Source of the DNA: an uncultured virus (IMG/VR IMGVR_UViG_3300020185_000029) | Lineage: Duplodnaviria; Heunggongvirae; Uroviricota; Caudoviricetes | IMG/VR virus record: IMGVR_UViG_3300020185_000029 | Location: 1-64,000 of that record | DNA: 64,000 bases | Reading direction: 5' to 3' (one strand) | Shown here: one piece after another, positions 37,022-47,869 of the stretch | Position numbering within the stretch: position 1 is the stretch's first letter | How the letters are laid out: each line of letters begins with the position of its first letter | Program-made: the position numbers and the translations under genes | The notes under the pieces: model-generated | The model's input: the letters and a program-made list of their open reading frames with translations, nothing else | What the model was told of the DNA's origin: nothing | Database searches by the model: none

Positions 37022-37369
37022 CTAGGGGTCTACTCTAAAAGCTTGGCTGCAAAGGACCACTATGTTAGCCTCTAACCCATTATTGCATACTTTCAATGTT
37101 CTAAATTTCATCTCTATATCCTTATCCGCCGCATCTGCAATAGCTTTTAAATCTTCTAGATTCATGTCTATATTAAACATCTTTGATCCATTGTCCGAAC
37201 CTGCTTGAATTCTAAACGTATTGAACTTCTTCTCGTCCTCCATATTAAGACTTGGTTTGTCGCTAGATGTTAATGGGGAAATCGAGTAGCTTAAATGTCC
37301 ATCTTGGTTTTCTCCATCTACGTCGTATTCTATAAACGATGCTGCTAAACTTGTATTATTTATTGCCAT
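37022..37369 (-). CDS. Hypothetical tail-operon protein
   Basis: 115-aa co-oriented ORF. Confidence 0.65.
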   Translation of the reverse strand: MAINNTSLAASFIEYDVDGENQDGHLSYSISPLTSSDKPSLNMEDEKKFNTFRIQAGSDNGSKMFNIDMNLEDLKAIADAADKDIEMKFRTLKVCNNGLEANIVVLCSQAFRVDP

Positions 37370-37371
37370 AA

Positions 37372-40300
37372 TTATCCTATAAAAGTTAAAGATCCTGTGT
37401 TATCGTATGATGCGTCTAAAGTACCGATGCCACTATATTTAATTATATTTAAATCTACAGAATCAGCAAAGTATTTTTTCTTTACCATTTGGATATTTAA
37501 GTCATCATCTCCAGTAAGAACAACATAACCCGAATAGCCAGTTAGATTAATAGAAGGTATATTAAAGAAGCCAGTGCATTTAGCAAATCCAGTATTGTTA
37601 ATACCAGTAAGAATCTCATACTCTCCAGTAAAGGTCTTTATATAGTTTGGAATAGGGAAGCTATAACTCAAAGATTCTAAGTCAGCAGGATTAACAAAAT
37701 CAGTATAAAATCCAGTTCCAATAAAAGAGCTATTTAAGTTTCCAGTGAATGGAGTTATAGGAACATTTCCAGAAGATAGTAAAAATACCTCCTGTCCTGT
37801 TGGTACTACTGAATTTATAAACTGCGGCAGTCCAGTTTGAATTCCAGAGAAATTAAACTCTCCGCTTCCTGGGTATACTATTCCAGTAATGTTTCCAGAT
37901 ATTACTCCAATTCCAATCTTGACTCCCGTTTTTTGTAAGTTTCTTTGAGTGAAGTTTAATATTCCAGTGTAATCAAACGATCCAGTTAATATCCCAGTTG
38001 CAAAGTTGAATCCCTTTCTAACTCCCGAATATATAAAATTATCTGCATAAGAATCCTCAAACCCTCCTACTGGTTGGTCAAAGGTTATTGTCTGCAAATT
38101 CACTCCACTAAATGGAAGCATATTGAGAATGGCTTGGTCGAATTCGCCAGACTGCTGTCCAGCAAGGATCGTAATAGGGTCTATTCCAGTTCCACTTGCT
38201 ATGGTTGGCACATAGCCAGTGACTGTAGCATCTAGGTCTAGAATATTGCCACTGAAGTCTAAATTATCTATATACCATTTGGCAGGCCCAGTTTGGATTC
38301 CCGTATAACCTATAGCATATAAAGAACCAGTACTGTCATCCCCAGTAGCAAATGATATTCCAGTAGGAACGCCCGAAAATATATAGTTATCCGCATAAAG
38401 GTCATTATCCCCACCCAATGGGGGGCTATTGGATAATGCCCTTACTCCAGTTCCAGAAAAAGGAAACATATTTAAAAGGGTCTGGGCTAATTCGCCAGAC
38501 TTCTCTCCAGCAAGTACCGTAATTTGGTCTATTCCAGTTCCAAGTCCAGTAGAGGGTATTATTCCGCTAGAAGCAAAGGGATCTATATAAATATCTCCTT
38601 CATTTAATGAACTTATAAAGTATTTGGAAGTAGTATTTTCAATACCAGTAAAAGTTATAGAATAAATATTTCCACTAACTCCAGAATTGAAAGGAACGTA
38701 TCCAGTAGCAAAGGTAGTTGGAATTGCAGTAGTTATTTTTCCAGACATTATACCTGAATATGGAAGATTTGATCCTTGGGTAGCAACCTCTATACCAGTT
38801 TCGATTAAAGTATAAAGTCCTCCACTTTGCCTGGTTGCATATTTTGCATCTTTACTCCAAGGACCATAAGCAGTACTTGTGGTAGTGCCAAGACCAAAAC
38901 CTAATGCACCTCCGATTGGGTAAGTTAATCCAGGATCAGAAGTAAATCCAATTCTGCCACTTCCAAAATATACATTATACCCAATTTTATCACAATATGC
39001 TTTCATGATACCGCTAATCTCTTCCATACTACTTTGATAATTAGATATTCCTAATCGCTCTATTAGTTCATAATTACCCAATGAATAACCGTCGATTTTT
39101 TCGTTGGTGGAGTCTACTCTTTTTCTTAAAAAGCCAACCACATTATTCATAAAAATTCCAGTAGGAATCTCAAAATTATTTATACTTTTCTCGCCATTAA
39201 AATTTCCAGTCATTTGAGTGAATATTTCGTTGGGTATGTTACTATTAGGAAAAAGACTTTCATCTTGAAGGGCATATAAAAATCCAGCATTTTCACCAGT
39301 TACTTCAATAGTACCGCCAACTCCAGACATTCCAGTACCCTCAAAGCTGACATTTTCAGCATATCCAGTCATATTAAACCCAGTTTGAAATACATTCAAG
39401 CCACTTGTAACGCTAATGGTGTTTGGTAAAGCTATGGCGATCCTATTAGTTGTAGACCCAGTTGGATATTTGGTATCGGCAGATAGTAGATATCCACTAG
39501 CATCAGTCGGTGAAGAGTAATTTGTTAAAAATCTGCGAAATCCCTGCCCAGAGCTATCTAAGAACGTATTAAACTGGCGAGGGCCGAACTCAGGTGGATT
39601 CTTGCTGTTGTCGGTGTCCTGAAAATAGAAGTAATTAAACCCACTAGGTTCCAAATCTTCGGTGTCTGAAGTTATTAGAAAGTAGACATTAAACACACCA
39701 TATTGGTCTGCGTTTATATTTCTATCGTTAAATCTCTCATTGAAATCAGTAGTTGAATTAACGCTTATGGTTTCTCTCTCTTTATAGATCATATCTGCAA
39801 GGTTATTCCCAGTATAAACAGTAATTCTGTAGCTTCTACTTTTTCGGCTTTTGTAAACTCCAGTTCCAGATAAAAAGTACTTAGGACTTACGCCAACTGT
39901 CATGTCTGACGGATCGAGATCGAAAAAACCACTCAGCAATCTTCTATTGAGCCATACTGGGTTATGAATATATGAACCCCTGTCTGCATCGTTAGTAGAA
40001 AATGATAATATAGGGGCCTTTTCGTTGGTGTGATCAGAATATAGAAGTATTCCACTGTTGCCACTAAAAATAAAGGGATTAAATCTTGTATAAACGCTGG
40101 AAACGGGGATTCCGTAGGAATTTCCATTCAAAGAAATGCTATCGTCAATAAGCGCTCCAGTGTTTGTTAGATACCGACCAGTTACCCCACTTTCCCCATT
40201 GAAAATTATATCTTTTACTGGTTCAGAAATTGAGCCTATGAGGCCAAGTCCAGTATATCCTATACCAGTAATTTCTTGAGGATGCACATATGCGCCAGTT

Positions 40301-42609
40301 CCTGAATAATGAAACTGACCAGTAAAATCAACATATCCAGAAGAAATGTCTTGTGCTTGAACAGTAAAATTCTTGCTGAAAGTGTTGCCCAATCGAATAG
40401 ATCTGAACAAATAATCATAATTTCCTAGCATTGACAAATCAGTAGCAACATATCTGTCGTCCGTAACTTCATGAACAGTTTCATTAGTCATTCCACTCAA
40501 AAGTTTACCTTTTGCAATGTAATTATAAGTAAAATCTATTCCAGTAAATCCACTTGCTAATGCAGAAGCTTGCCCAGTAATTATTCCGCTACCCGTCAAA
40601 ACTCCAGTAGTAAATTTAGATTCGATTCCAGTTATTCCAGTTCCACTAAATATAAATCCAGTTAAATTTGGATCTTCTGGCAATAACCCAGTTGCTAGTC
40701 CAGTAAGCTCTGTACTAACATACAAACTGTAATCGGGTATTGGAAACTTCATATCAATTCTATTGATTCCAGTAACATTAAAAGCCCCAGTTCCAGTCCC
40801 TATGAATGCCCCTGGAGTTCCAGAAACCTTAAATCCGCTAATAATATTCGTTCCAATTAAACCAATTTGGTCGGCAGGAATTCTCATTTCTCCATCAAAA
40901 ATTCCACTAGAAAACCCGCTAAATATATTAGAATAATAAACATTAGAAGTTTGATTAGATCCAGCGCCAGTTACTCCAGTACCAAATGAGAGCAATCCAG
41001 TAAGATTTGGATCTTCTGGCAATAAGCCAGTTGCTAGTCCAGTTAAAATTCTGTCAGATAGATCTATCGTCCAGCCATTATTAACAAAACCTCCTTGGGA
41101 ATCTCTAGTGTCCATCGGAAAGGTTCCAATGAGGTCAAAAACCCCAGTTCCAGTCCCTATGAATGCCCCTGGAGTTCCAGAAACCTTAGATCCACTAATG
41201 GTAGTGGTTATATCTAAGCCAGCCTGATCTCCTGGGTAATACGCAATCCCATCAAATGCGCCAGTTGCAAATCCGCTAAATCTACTGGCATATTCCTTAT
41301 TTCTTGTTTGATTTGATGTAGCGGTAAACGACTGAACGTCGAAGGAAAAGCAAAGAGAGTCATTTTTCGATGTTACTATCGGTTCTCCGTCAGTATTATT
41401 TCCACTAAGTATTATTCCAGTCGTAAAGCTTGGAAATAGAGACTGTTGACCAGTAAATCTAATAGCGCCAGTTTCAGTGAAGTTATATCCTCCACTAACA
41501 TTCCTTATGAATCCAACATCTAATCCAGTTACAATCCCACTAGAGGACGTTAAAAATGGATACGACATTTCTCCAGTAGCAAATACTGTTTCTCCAGTAT
41601 AAATCTGAGATGGTATATTTCCAGTATAATTAATTTCAAGACCAGTGCTATAGCCAGAGAGTGTTAAATACCCGCCGCCCAAGCTGGACTCAATCATTCC
41701 AGTTAAATTGCCAGTGCCTATTATATTTCTAGAAATATCAAATCCTGGAATTGACCCAGTTATTTTACCAGTTTTAATATCATAGTCAGCGTAACCACCA
41801 TAGCCACTAATATTACCAAATGTAAAATGAAGTCCGAATGGATCATCTGTAAGATTTGGACCGTATCTTTCAGAAAATAAAACATTATAATTAAATATTC
41901 CAGTAGAATCCAAAAAGTCTGACCCCAATAAACTCAACAGGTACTCGTATTCCCTCGTAAAACTAATTAAGCCGCTTTTTGTAAAAGTTCCAAAGTCTGA
42001 AACAAAAGATATTGGTATCAGTACTCCAGTTCCAGTAGTGACATTTGAAATTTGATTAATTAAAAAGTCTCTACTAGATTGACCCTCTATTATTCCAGTA
42101 TTTTGTCCAGTATTGAAATTGAAAAAGTTAGATAATTCTTCAAATTTTCCAGAAAATATATTAAATGATATTCCCTCACTAGAATTATTGCTAACCTTTA
42201 AACTTCCAGTTAAATTACTATTTTCGAATATTCCACTAATACTAATTACTGGCTCTACTCCCATTAAACTAAGTTCCGAAACTACTCCATTTTCAGTAAA
42301 GTTATTTATGTAGCCAGTGCCATTTTCATGGTAAGAATTTATAAGTACATTATTAACGAAATAATTATTATAATTCCCAATTTTATTCCCAGAAACGGAG
42401 AAAGTATCTTGATTCTTGTAAGAGTAGAAAAAGTTATTATCAGAATCATAAAGCTTTCCGCTTTCGCCACTAAAAACAATCCTATCTTCAATAGAGCCAT
42501 CTCCAGTATTTATAAATGAAAACCCAAATGAAATATGATCGTCCCTTTGAGGCCGTATAAAGGCTTGATAAGAAAAGTTTCCTGACTGGGTTCCAATTGA
42601 GAATGACAT
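37372..42609 (-). CDS. Large Ser/Thr-Gly-rich beta-structured virion (tail tip/fibre) protein
   Basis: 1745 aa; about 140 SG/TG dipeptides by manual count; internal duplications; located in the tail operon. Confidence 0.8.
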   Translation of the reverse strand: MSFSIGTQSGNFSYQAFIRPQRDDHISFGFSFINTGDGSIEDRIVFSGESGKLYDSDNNFFYSYKNQDTFSVSGNKIGNYNNYFVNNVLINSYHENGTGYINNFTENGVVSELSLMGVEPVISISGIFENSNLTGSLKVSNNSSEGISFNIFSGKFEELSNFFNFNTGQNTGIIEGQSSRDFLINQISNVTTGTGVLIPISFVSDFGTFTKSGLISFTREYEYLLSLLGSDFLDSTGIFNYNVLFSERYGPNLTDDPFGLHFTFGNISGYGGYADYDIKTGKITGSIPGFDISRNIIGTGNLTGMIESSLGGGYLTLSGYSTGLEINYTGNIPSQIYTGETVFATGEMSYPFLTSSSGIVTGLDVGFIRNVSGGYNFTETGAIRFTGQQSLFPSFTTGIILSGNNTDGEPIVTSKNDSLCFSFDVQSFTATSNQTRNKEYASRFSGFATGAFDGIAYYPGDQAGLDITTTISGSKVSGTPGAFIGTGTGVFDLIGTFPMDTRDSQGGFVNNGWTIDLSDRILTGLATGLLPEDPNLTGLLSFGTGVTGAGSNQTSNVYYSNIFSGFSSGIFDGEMRIPADQIGLIGTNIISGFKVSGTPGAFIGTGTGAFNVTGINRIDMKFPIPDYSLYVSTELTGLATGLLPEDPNLTGFIFSGTGITGIESKFTTGVLTGSGIITGQASALASGFTGIDFTYNYIAKGKLLSGMTNETVHEVTDDRYVATDLSMLGNYDYLFRSIRLGNTFSKNFTVQAQDISSGYVDFTGQFHYSGTGAYVHPQEITGIGYTGLGLIGSISEPVKDIIFNGESGVTGRYLTNTGALIDDSISLNGNSYGIPVSSVYTRFNPFIFSGNSGILLYSDHTNEKAPILSFSTNDADRGSYIHNPVWLNRRLLSGFFDLDPSDMTVGVSPKYFLSGTGVYKSRKSRSYRITVYTGNNLADMIYKERETISVNSTTDFNERFNDRNINADQYGVFNVYFLITSDTEDLEPSGFNYFYFQDTDNSKNPPEFGPRQFNTFLDSSGQGFRRFLTNYSSPTDASGYLLSADTKYPTGSTTNRIAIALPNTISVTSGLNVFQTGFNMTGYAENVSFEGTGMSGVGGTIEVTGENAGFLYALQDESLFPNSNIPNEIFTQMTGNFNGEKSINNFEIPTGIFMNNVVGFLRKRVDSTNEKIDGYSLGNYELIERLGISNYQSSMEEISGIMKAYCDKIGYNVYFGSGRIGFTSDPGLTYPIGGALGFGLGTTTSTAYGPWSKDAKYATRQSGGLYTLIETGIEVATQGSNLPYSGIMSGKITTAIPTTFATGYVPFNSGVSGNIYSITFTGIENTTSKYFISSLNEGDIYIDPFASSGIIPSTGLGTGIDQITVLAGEKSGELAQTLLNMFPFSGTGVRALSNSPPLGGDNDLYADNYIFSGVPTGISFATGDDSTGSLYAIGYTGIQTGPAKWYIDNLDFSGNILDLDATVTGYVPTIASGTGIDPITILAGQQSGEFDQAILNMLPFSGVNLQTITFDQPVGGFEDSYADNFIYSGVRKGFNFATGILTGSFDYTGILNFTQRNLQKTGVKIGIGVISGNITGIVYPGSGEFNFSGIQTGLPQFINSVVPTGQEVFLLSSGNVPITPFTGNLNSSFIGTGFYTDFVNPADLESLSYSFPIPNYIKTFTGEYEILTGINNTGFAKCTGFFNIPSINLTGYSGYVVLTGDDDLNIQMVKKKYFADSVDLNIIKYSGIGTLDASYDNTGSLTFIG

Positions 42610-42615
42610 GTCTTT

Positions 42616-44802
42616 TTATTTTTTGATGAATTTTAAAAGCTTTTCCCGATTCGAAGGTAGCACCTCTATATTTCGGGTATTTAAAGAACTTTTTACTGAA
42701 TACACATTCTTCTTTGGAGGTAATGAATTTGGATTGCCGACAATAACTGCACCCCTTGGCTGAGTTATTAATTCTTTACTAGGTAAAGTAAAGTTTCTAT
42801 TGCCAATCGTATAAGTAGTTTTTACGCCATTACTACTAATACTTATATCTACGTTTTGCAGCCCCTTTTCTATAGAAGCGGTATAATTTGGTATATCTAT
42901 ATTATTAATTGTAAAAGTTTTTTGGACTTTTTTCTGCGTTATAGTATATCCCAAGTTTGGGTAATTAGTTAATGATCCTCCTATTCTAGGACTATTACCA
43001 AGCCTTATATTATTACCGTCTACTTGAATTATATCCGATAAGGCCGCTACTTGATTTGGTGATGTATCCAAATCGACGTCAGTCCTAATTGTATTAGAAT
43101 TATAACTTGGCTGAGTAAAAGCTATTGACTCTAAAGCAGCTGTAAAATTCTCTTCTCCTCCTTGATCTCCTCCTCCTCCTCCATCATCAATGCTGCCCCT
43201 TATATCGATTCTTTGACCCTCCACTCTCAGAGTCTGCTTTAACTCGTATTTAAAGTTTATTCTTTCAAATATATTAGTGAAGTTTATATTCTTAAGAACT
43301 GCTGCAAACTTCAAATTTGGATTATATCCGTCACTTCTAGCCTTGTATCTAGCGGAACTACTTACTTCTAAAAATATTACAGACTTATTTAAATTTAATG
43401 ATTTAACACTATCATAAACGTCGAAAGACAAATCCCACGGAATGGTTGCATATATTCTATGATTACTTTCAGCTGCACTCTTCCTATCTGGATTGACATA
43501 TTCAGTTATATCCTCTCTGTCATACTTTAAATCCGCACCAATAGCCCAATTGTATCTAAAATATTGGGCTTCAGCTAGATTATTCTCGTAGGTCAAGAAT
43601 TGCGCAAATTTTTGCTTTACAGTTTCCACTGTGACTGTATCGGAAATATCTGACTCAATATATGAGATTATGTTATAATCCTCATATAAATCATCCTTTG
43701 GATCAAAAGCCTTTTTTTGCTTAGGGTTCAAAGTATAGACCTGTTCATATCCAAATACACTTGAATATGAATTTGGATCTTTCTTGCACAAGTACAAAGC
43801 AGCGTAAGCAAAAAAAGACTCTCCTACCGCAGCAGCTTTGCCTAGATTTATAGCAAATCCTGGATTAGCCCAATACTGATCTGGCCTGTCAGTAGGCCTA
43901 TAAAGATATATCTGTGTATCTGATTTCTCTTCAAATTCTCCATACTTAGTTTCTCCGCCTCCACCAGTGCTTGTTGTATTTCCGCCTCCTCCACCAGCAT
44001 CTATATTTTTACCAGGCTTTCCGTAATAAACGGAGTGACCTTTTGATATAGTATCTCTCAATGAGAATGAGTTTTTTTCAGATATGAAGTTAACTTCGTT
44101 AGGGAAAACTGGAGAAATACTTTCAGTAAGATCTATAAACTGTATCTTACCAGACTCATTAAAAAAAAAGGTAAATCCATATATTGAACCCCAAGAACTT
44201 AATACGTTTCTTAAAGTACCAGTAGTTTCCTTCAATAGGCTATTATCGTGTCTGGCTAAAGCAACATCTATATTTTCAATTTTCCCTCGAATTTTTCCCA
44301 ACAGCTCCTCAAGGTTATATAAATAATCTGGGAGCTGCCTGACATCCTGAGAGGAGGTTGATCTAGTTAGTGGAATCGAATCTCCACCTAATTCCGACGA
44401 TTCTTCTAATGTAAAGTATCCTCTGCCAACTAGTATTAAAGACTCGTCCGTTGCTGTTGCGTTAAAATTTCTCCCCAATAAAGCAACAAACTTTTTGTCT
44501 AAAAGAAGAATCGACTTGTCGTTATAAGTGACGGTCAAAATTCTTCCACTAACACTATCGTCTATGGAGTACTCTATCGCAACCATATTTAGTTCTCTTG
44601 ATCCTAGATTTATCTTATCACTATCAAAAACATTCAAACTATCTTCGCTTATAGTGTAAGCTCCATTCTCGCTCGAAATAGTTAATGTTAACTGCGTGAC
44701 TTGCGTCCCAAAGCCAATAGAATAAGATGCACTAATTATTAGTCCACCGTACGCTGAAGTACTCCCATTCAAAGTAACCTTATCTGTTTTTCTTATCGCC
44801 AT
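42616..44802 (-). CDS. Putative tail tip / baseplate hub protein
   Basis: TGTLRNVLSSWGSIYGFTFFF..G.IQFIDL resembles hub-like domains; late motif at 44813-44820. Confidence 0.55.
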   Translation of the reverse strand: MAIRKTDKVTLNGSTSAYGGLIISASYSIGFGTQVTQLTLTISSENGAYTISEDSLNVFDSDKINLGSRELNMVAIEYSIDDSVSGRILTVTYNDKSILLLDKKFVALLGRNFNATATDESLILVGRGYFTLEESSELGGDSIPLTRSTSSQDVRQLPDYLYNLEELLGKIRGKIENIDVALARHDNSLLKETTGTLRNVLSSWGSIYGFTFFFNESGKIQFIDLTESISPVFPNEVNFISEKNSFSLRDTISKGHSVYYGKPGKNIDAGGGGGNTTSTGGGGETKYGEFEEKSDTQIYLYRPTDRPDQYWANPGFAINLGKAAAVGESFFAYAALYLCKKDPNSYSSVFGYEQVYTLNPKQKKAFDPKDDLYEDYNIISYIESDISDTVTVETVKQKFAQFLTYENNLAEAQYFRYNWAIGADLKYDREDITEYVNPDRKSAAESNHRIYATIPWDLSFDVYDSVKSLNLNKSVIFLEVSSSARYKARSDGYNPNLKFAAVLKNINFTNIFERINFKYELKQTLRVEGQRIDIRGSIDDGGGGGDQGGEENFTAALESIAFTQPSYNSNTIRTDVDLDTSPNQVAALSDIIQVDGNNIRLGNSPRIGGSLTNYPNLGYTITQKKVQKTFTINNIDIPNYTASIEKGLQNVDISISSNGVKTTYTIGNRNFTLPSKELITQPRGAVIVGNPNSLPPKKNVYSVKSSLNTRNIEVLPSNREKLLKFIKK

Positions 44803-44851
44803 TCCTTTATTTTATTACACTTAATTATAGTCCATTTTAAACTTAATCAAA

Positions 44852-46948
44852 CTAAAGATCGAAAAAGCCACTGGCTCCAGTTAGATAAGATCTATATACT
44901 GATCCAGTTGATAGCTCGCTCTGATAATTTCTATTAACAAATAGAGATTTTACTCCGCTTGGAATAAGCTGCTTTTTATTAGATATTAGATCTGAAGATT
45001 CACTAGTCTCTAAATATAGATCACGGCGCAGCCTCAGCCTTCCAAAATAATTGGTAGAGGAGCCTCTAAAGAATTTCCCCGAAGATGGTATGATATTAGA
45101 CTGGTGTTGACCACTCTGAACTCTAAAGCCAATAGCTAAAATTTCTTTAGTTGAGTCAGATGTTTTTATTGCGGTGAACGAGTTGTTAATTGCGTCTCCA
45201 GTATAATCCAATCCAGACGCTAACTTATACCCTTTTTTGAAAAACAAGTTATCGTGTACGCTTATATTGTTGTTGCCACTAAAGACACTTTTTACTGCAA
45301 AGTCATTAGCATCGTAAAATACTTTTGAGTCAGTATTATTACCGCTTAATATTACCTTACCTGGTTCTATTGAACCAGATTTATAAAAATTTTCTAGACC
45401 AGCTGATGTTATGGTAGAGTTTGAAAATCTCAAAAGACCATTAGAAAAGACTCTAAATTCGGACCCATCATACTCTTGATTAATTGAAAATCCAGTCCCA
45501 TCTAAGCTTGCAAGAGATGTCTTGTTTAAGAAATTGAAATTTCTAAATTCATTAGAATAATCGTCTTCTTTTTCATATAAAGCTAAAGAGTTAAAGCTAT
45601 TTATTCCAGTCTCTTCTTGACCAAACGATTGATCAAAATACTCGCCAAGATAAATAGTTTCACTCATTCCATACTCAGAAAGCTGTCTTCTGTCGCCACT
45701 CATAATATTCTTAAGTCCAGAAATGTCATTGTTGCCAGTATTGAAAATAGTAGTAGCTCTTAACCCACTAGACAAGAACCCAGTGATGTTAACGTTTTGA
45801 TATATATCCGTTCCATTGATAACTTCATCGGTTCCAGAGAATTGACGAATCAACCCAATTACGCCAGTTGAATCTAATGTAACAACCTTTCTATATATTG
45901 GAACTTCTTCGTTTCCTATGCAATACTGCGGTAAGTTTTGTAAGAACTCTATCTTTTCCTCTCCAGGTGCTATAACTCCCGTTTCAACAACATATTGATA
46001 AATGTCAGAGTAACCAGTAGTATATCCAGTGCCAGTCAAAATGCTGTTTGTAGAAAGTATGCCAGTTACTCCAGTTAAATTATATTCATAGCCACTAACT
46101 CCTCCAGTAATTCCAGACTCTATCAAGAAAGGAATCCCACTCTTGGTGTCCGACCAAAAGCCCGAAGCCAGTATGTTTGCATCTACAGTTGAAATGTTTT
46201 GATTTAAGTATACAAAATCGTCCATAAAGCCAGAATAGCTTTTTTGATTTTGCCCACTACCAATTAAAAATTTATTACAAGGAAGAATTTGGTCGGATAT
46301 AACGCTTTTTATTTCACTCTCAAAAGATTTCGTACTATTATTATAAGCTAAAAAGTAAATTGAGTCATCGAATTTTCTTAATCCTATTAAGTTTTTATCT
46401 GATAGCTGCAACAAGCTAGTTTGTATATCGTATCTTTGGTTTTGATTATCAAAATATTCAAAATACATTTTATTTGCAGAATTTATCCCAAAAGAATATC
46501 CACTTTTTATAACGTTGTCGTCAAAACAAGAAAATAAAACTCCATCTCCAGTATAACGCTTATCTTGAGATAAGAGTACGGTAAAATCTCTAGAGAATAA
46601 ATCTTTTTGATTATTTATTTCTAAATATCCGTAATTAAAATTTCCAGAATTTCCATTTCCAGTAAAGCTATCAACGTTTCCTATTATAGAAGCAGAGTTT
46701 GAGCTTAAAATATTTATATCTTGCCCAATAAAAAAAGAAGCAAAGTTTACAGAATTGTATCCTGAAACATCGACGTCCTCTAATATTATAAAAGAAGAGT
46801 CTTGCGTAATTAAGGGGCTTCCTGACTGTGTGACTAGCTGAGTATAAAATTCATCACTAAAATTATTAAAGTCATAGTATACTGGCATGTTGCCTGTATC
46901 TAGTTTTAATATTCCAGAATAAATGTAGTTTATGCCCCTTAAGCCCAT
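44852..46948 (-). CDS. Virion protein with LamG/ConA-like domain, SG/TG-rich
   Basis: DFTVLL...GVLFS...GYSFGIN..NKMYFEY...FLIGS...YSGFMDDF; late motif at 46956-46963. Confidence 0.7.
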   Translation of the reverse strand: MGLRGINYIYSGILKLDTGNMPVYYDFNNFSDEFYTQLVTQSGSPLITQDSSFIILEDVDVSGYNSVNFASFFIGQDINILSSNSASIIGNVDSFTGNGNSGNFNYGYLEINNQKDLFSRDFTVLLSQDKRYTGDGVLFSCFDDNVIKSGYSFGINSANKMYFEYFDNQNQRYDIQTSLLQLSDKNLIGLRKFDDSIYFLAYNNSTKSFESEIKSVISDQILPCNKFLIGSGQNQKSYSGFMDDFVYLNQNISTVDANILASGFWSDTKSGIPFLIESGITGGVSGYEYNLTGVTGILSTNSILTGTGYTTGYSDIYQYVVETGVIAPGEEKIEFLQNLPQYCIGNEEVPIYRKVVTLDSTGVIGLIRQFSGTDEVINGTDIYQNVNITGFLSSGLRATTIFNTGNNDISGLKNIMSGDRRQLSEYGMSETIYLGEYFDQSFGQEETGINSFNSLALYEKEDDYSNEFRNFNFLNKTSLASLDGTGFSINQEYDGSEFRVFSNGLLRFSNSTITSAGLENFYKSGSIEPGKVILSGNNTDSKVFYDANDFAVKSVFSGNNNISVHDNLFFKKGYKLASGLDYTGDAINNSFTAIKTSDSTKEILAIGFRVQSGQHQSNIIPSSGKFFRGSSTNYFGRLRLRRDLYLETSESSDLISNKKQLIPSGVKSLFVNRNYQSELSTGSVYRSYLTGASGFFDL

Positions 46949-46966
46949 ATATTTATATTACACCTT

Positions 46967-47869
46967 TTATTCTGCATCCTGCGAAAATTGCCTAGACCTG
47001 TCTTTAATCTTTATACCCATCTTATCGGCTTCTTCATGCGTCATGCCAACCACATCTACATCTTTTCCGCCAGACACTTCTTCTAGCTTGGACCTGGAAT
47101 TTGCTAATCTAATAATTTCGTCAGGATCTTCGCTTTTTATATTTGGATACCTCTCAAAGATTGTTGTAAAAGTTTTTGCGTAATTAGCTAAATTAGTTTG
47201 ATGGAAAGAGAGTTTGCAAATAGGTTTTCCAAAATACTCAAAAGCATTATTACATATTCTCCAACTAGAAGTAAAAAACTCTTTAGTAGATACCGTTTTT
47301 ATACTTTGCATAGAAATATTTTTAAGACATTCCGAATGTATTCTAAAGTATTTTTGCACATCTAAAGATGGGTCCTGCTTATCGTCTTCGCTAAGCAAAG
47401 GTTCTTCAAATTTTTTATCTTTAAAAAGACTATTTAATAAATAATATTCATTCAGCCTCCTATCGGCGATACTCTCACAAGAATGGGCTAGAAAAGAATT
47501 TTTTTTATTAATTAAAATAAACAGCTTTTGCTCAAGCTCATCAATATAATCTAATTGAACCTTCTTCTGAGAATGGAGAAGAAGTTTCTGAGAGCTTTGC
47601 CTAGTATGATCTATTAGTCGTTCTAAATCTTCAATTTCATAATCTTCCTGCTTAGACCATAGATCCTTGGACTTGGCTTGATCTAACAGCTCTTCATTAT
47701 TCAATACCTTCTTTTTCCTGAGATTTTCGTAGAAAGCATCATATTCACATTCAAAATCTACATAGTCGTCTAGAGTCAAATGCTTAATATAAAAATTTTC
47801 ATCTTTATAATAAGAGAAGCCTTTTAATATGTCAGAAAGAGCTGAACGAAGCTTCGACTCTTCTTTCAA
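46967..47869 (-). CDS. Helical hypothetical protein, possible tail assembly chaperone
   Basis: TTG start with AGGAGG upstream; YFGKPICKLSFHQ segment. Confidence 0.5.
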   Translation of the reverse strand: MKEESKLRSALSDILKGFSYYKDENFYIKHLTLDDYVDFECEYDAFYENLRKKKVLNNEELLDQAKSKDLWSKQEDYEIEDLERLIDHTRQSSQKLLLHSQKKVQLDYIDELEQKLFILINKKNSFLAHSCESIADRRLNEYYLLNSLFKDKKFEEPLLSEDDKQDPSLDVQKYFRIHSECLKNISMQSIKTVSTKEFFTSSWRICNNAFEYFGKPICKLSFHQTNLANYAKTFTTIFERYPNIKSEDPDEIIRLANSRSKLEEVSGGKDVDVVGMTHEEADKMGIKIKDRSRQFSQDAE

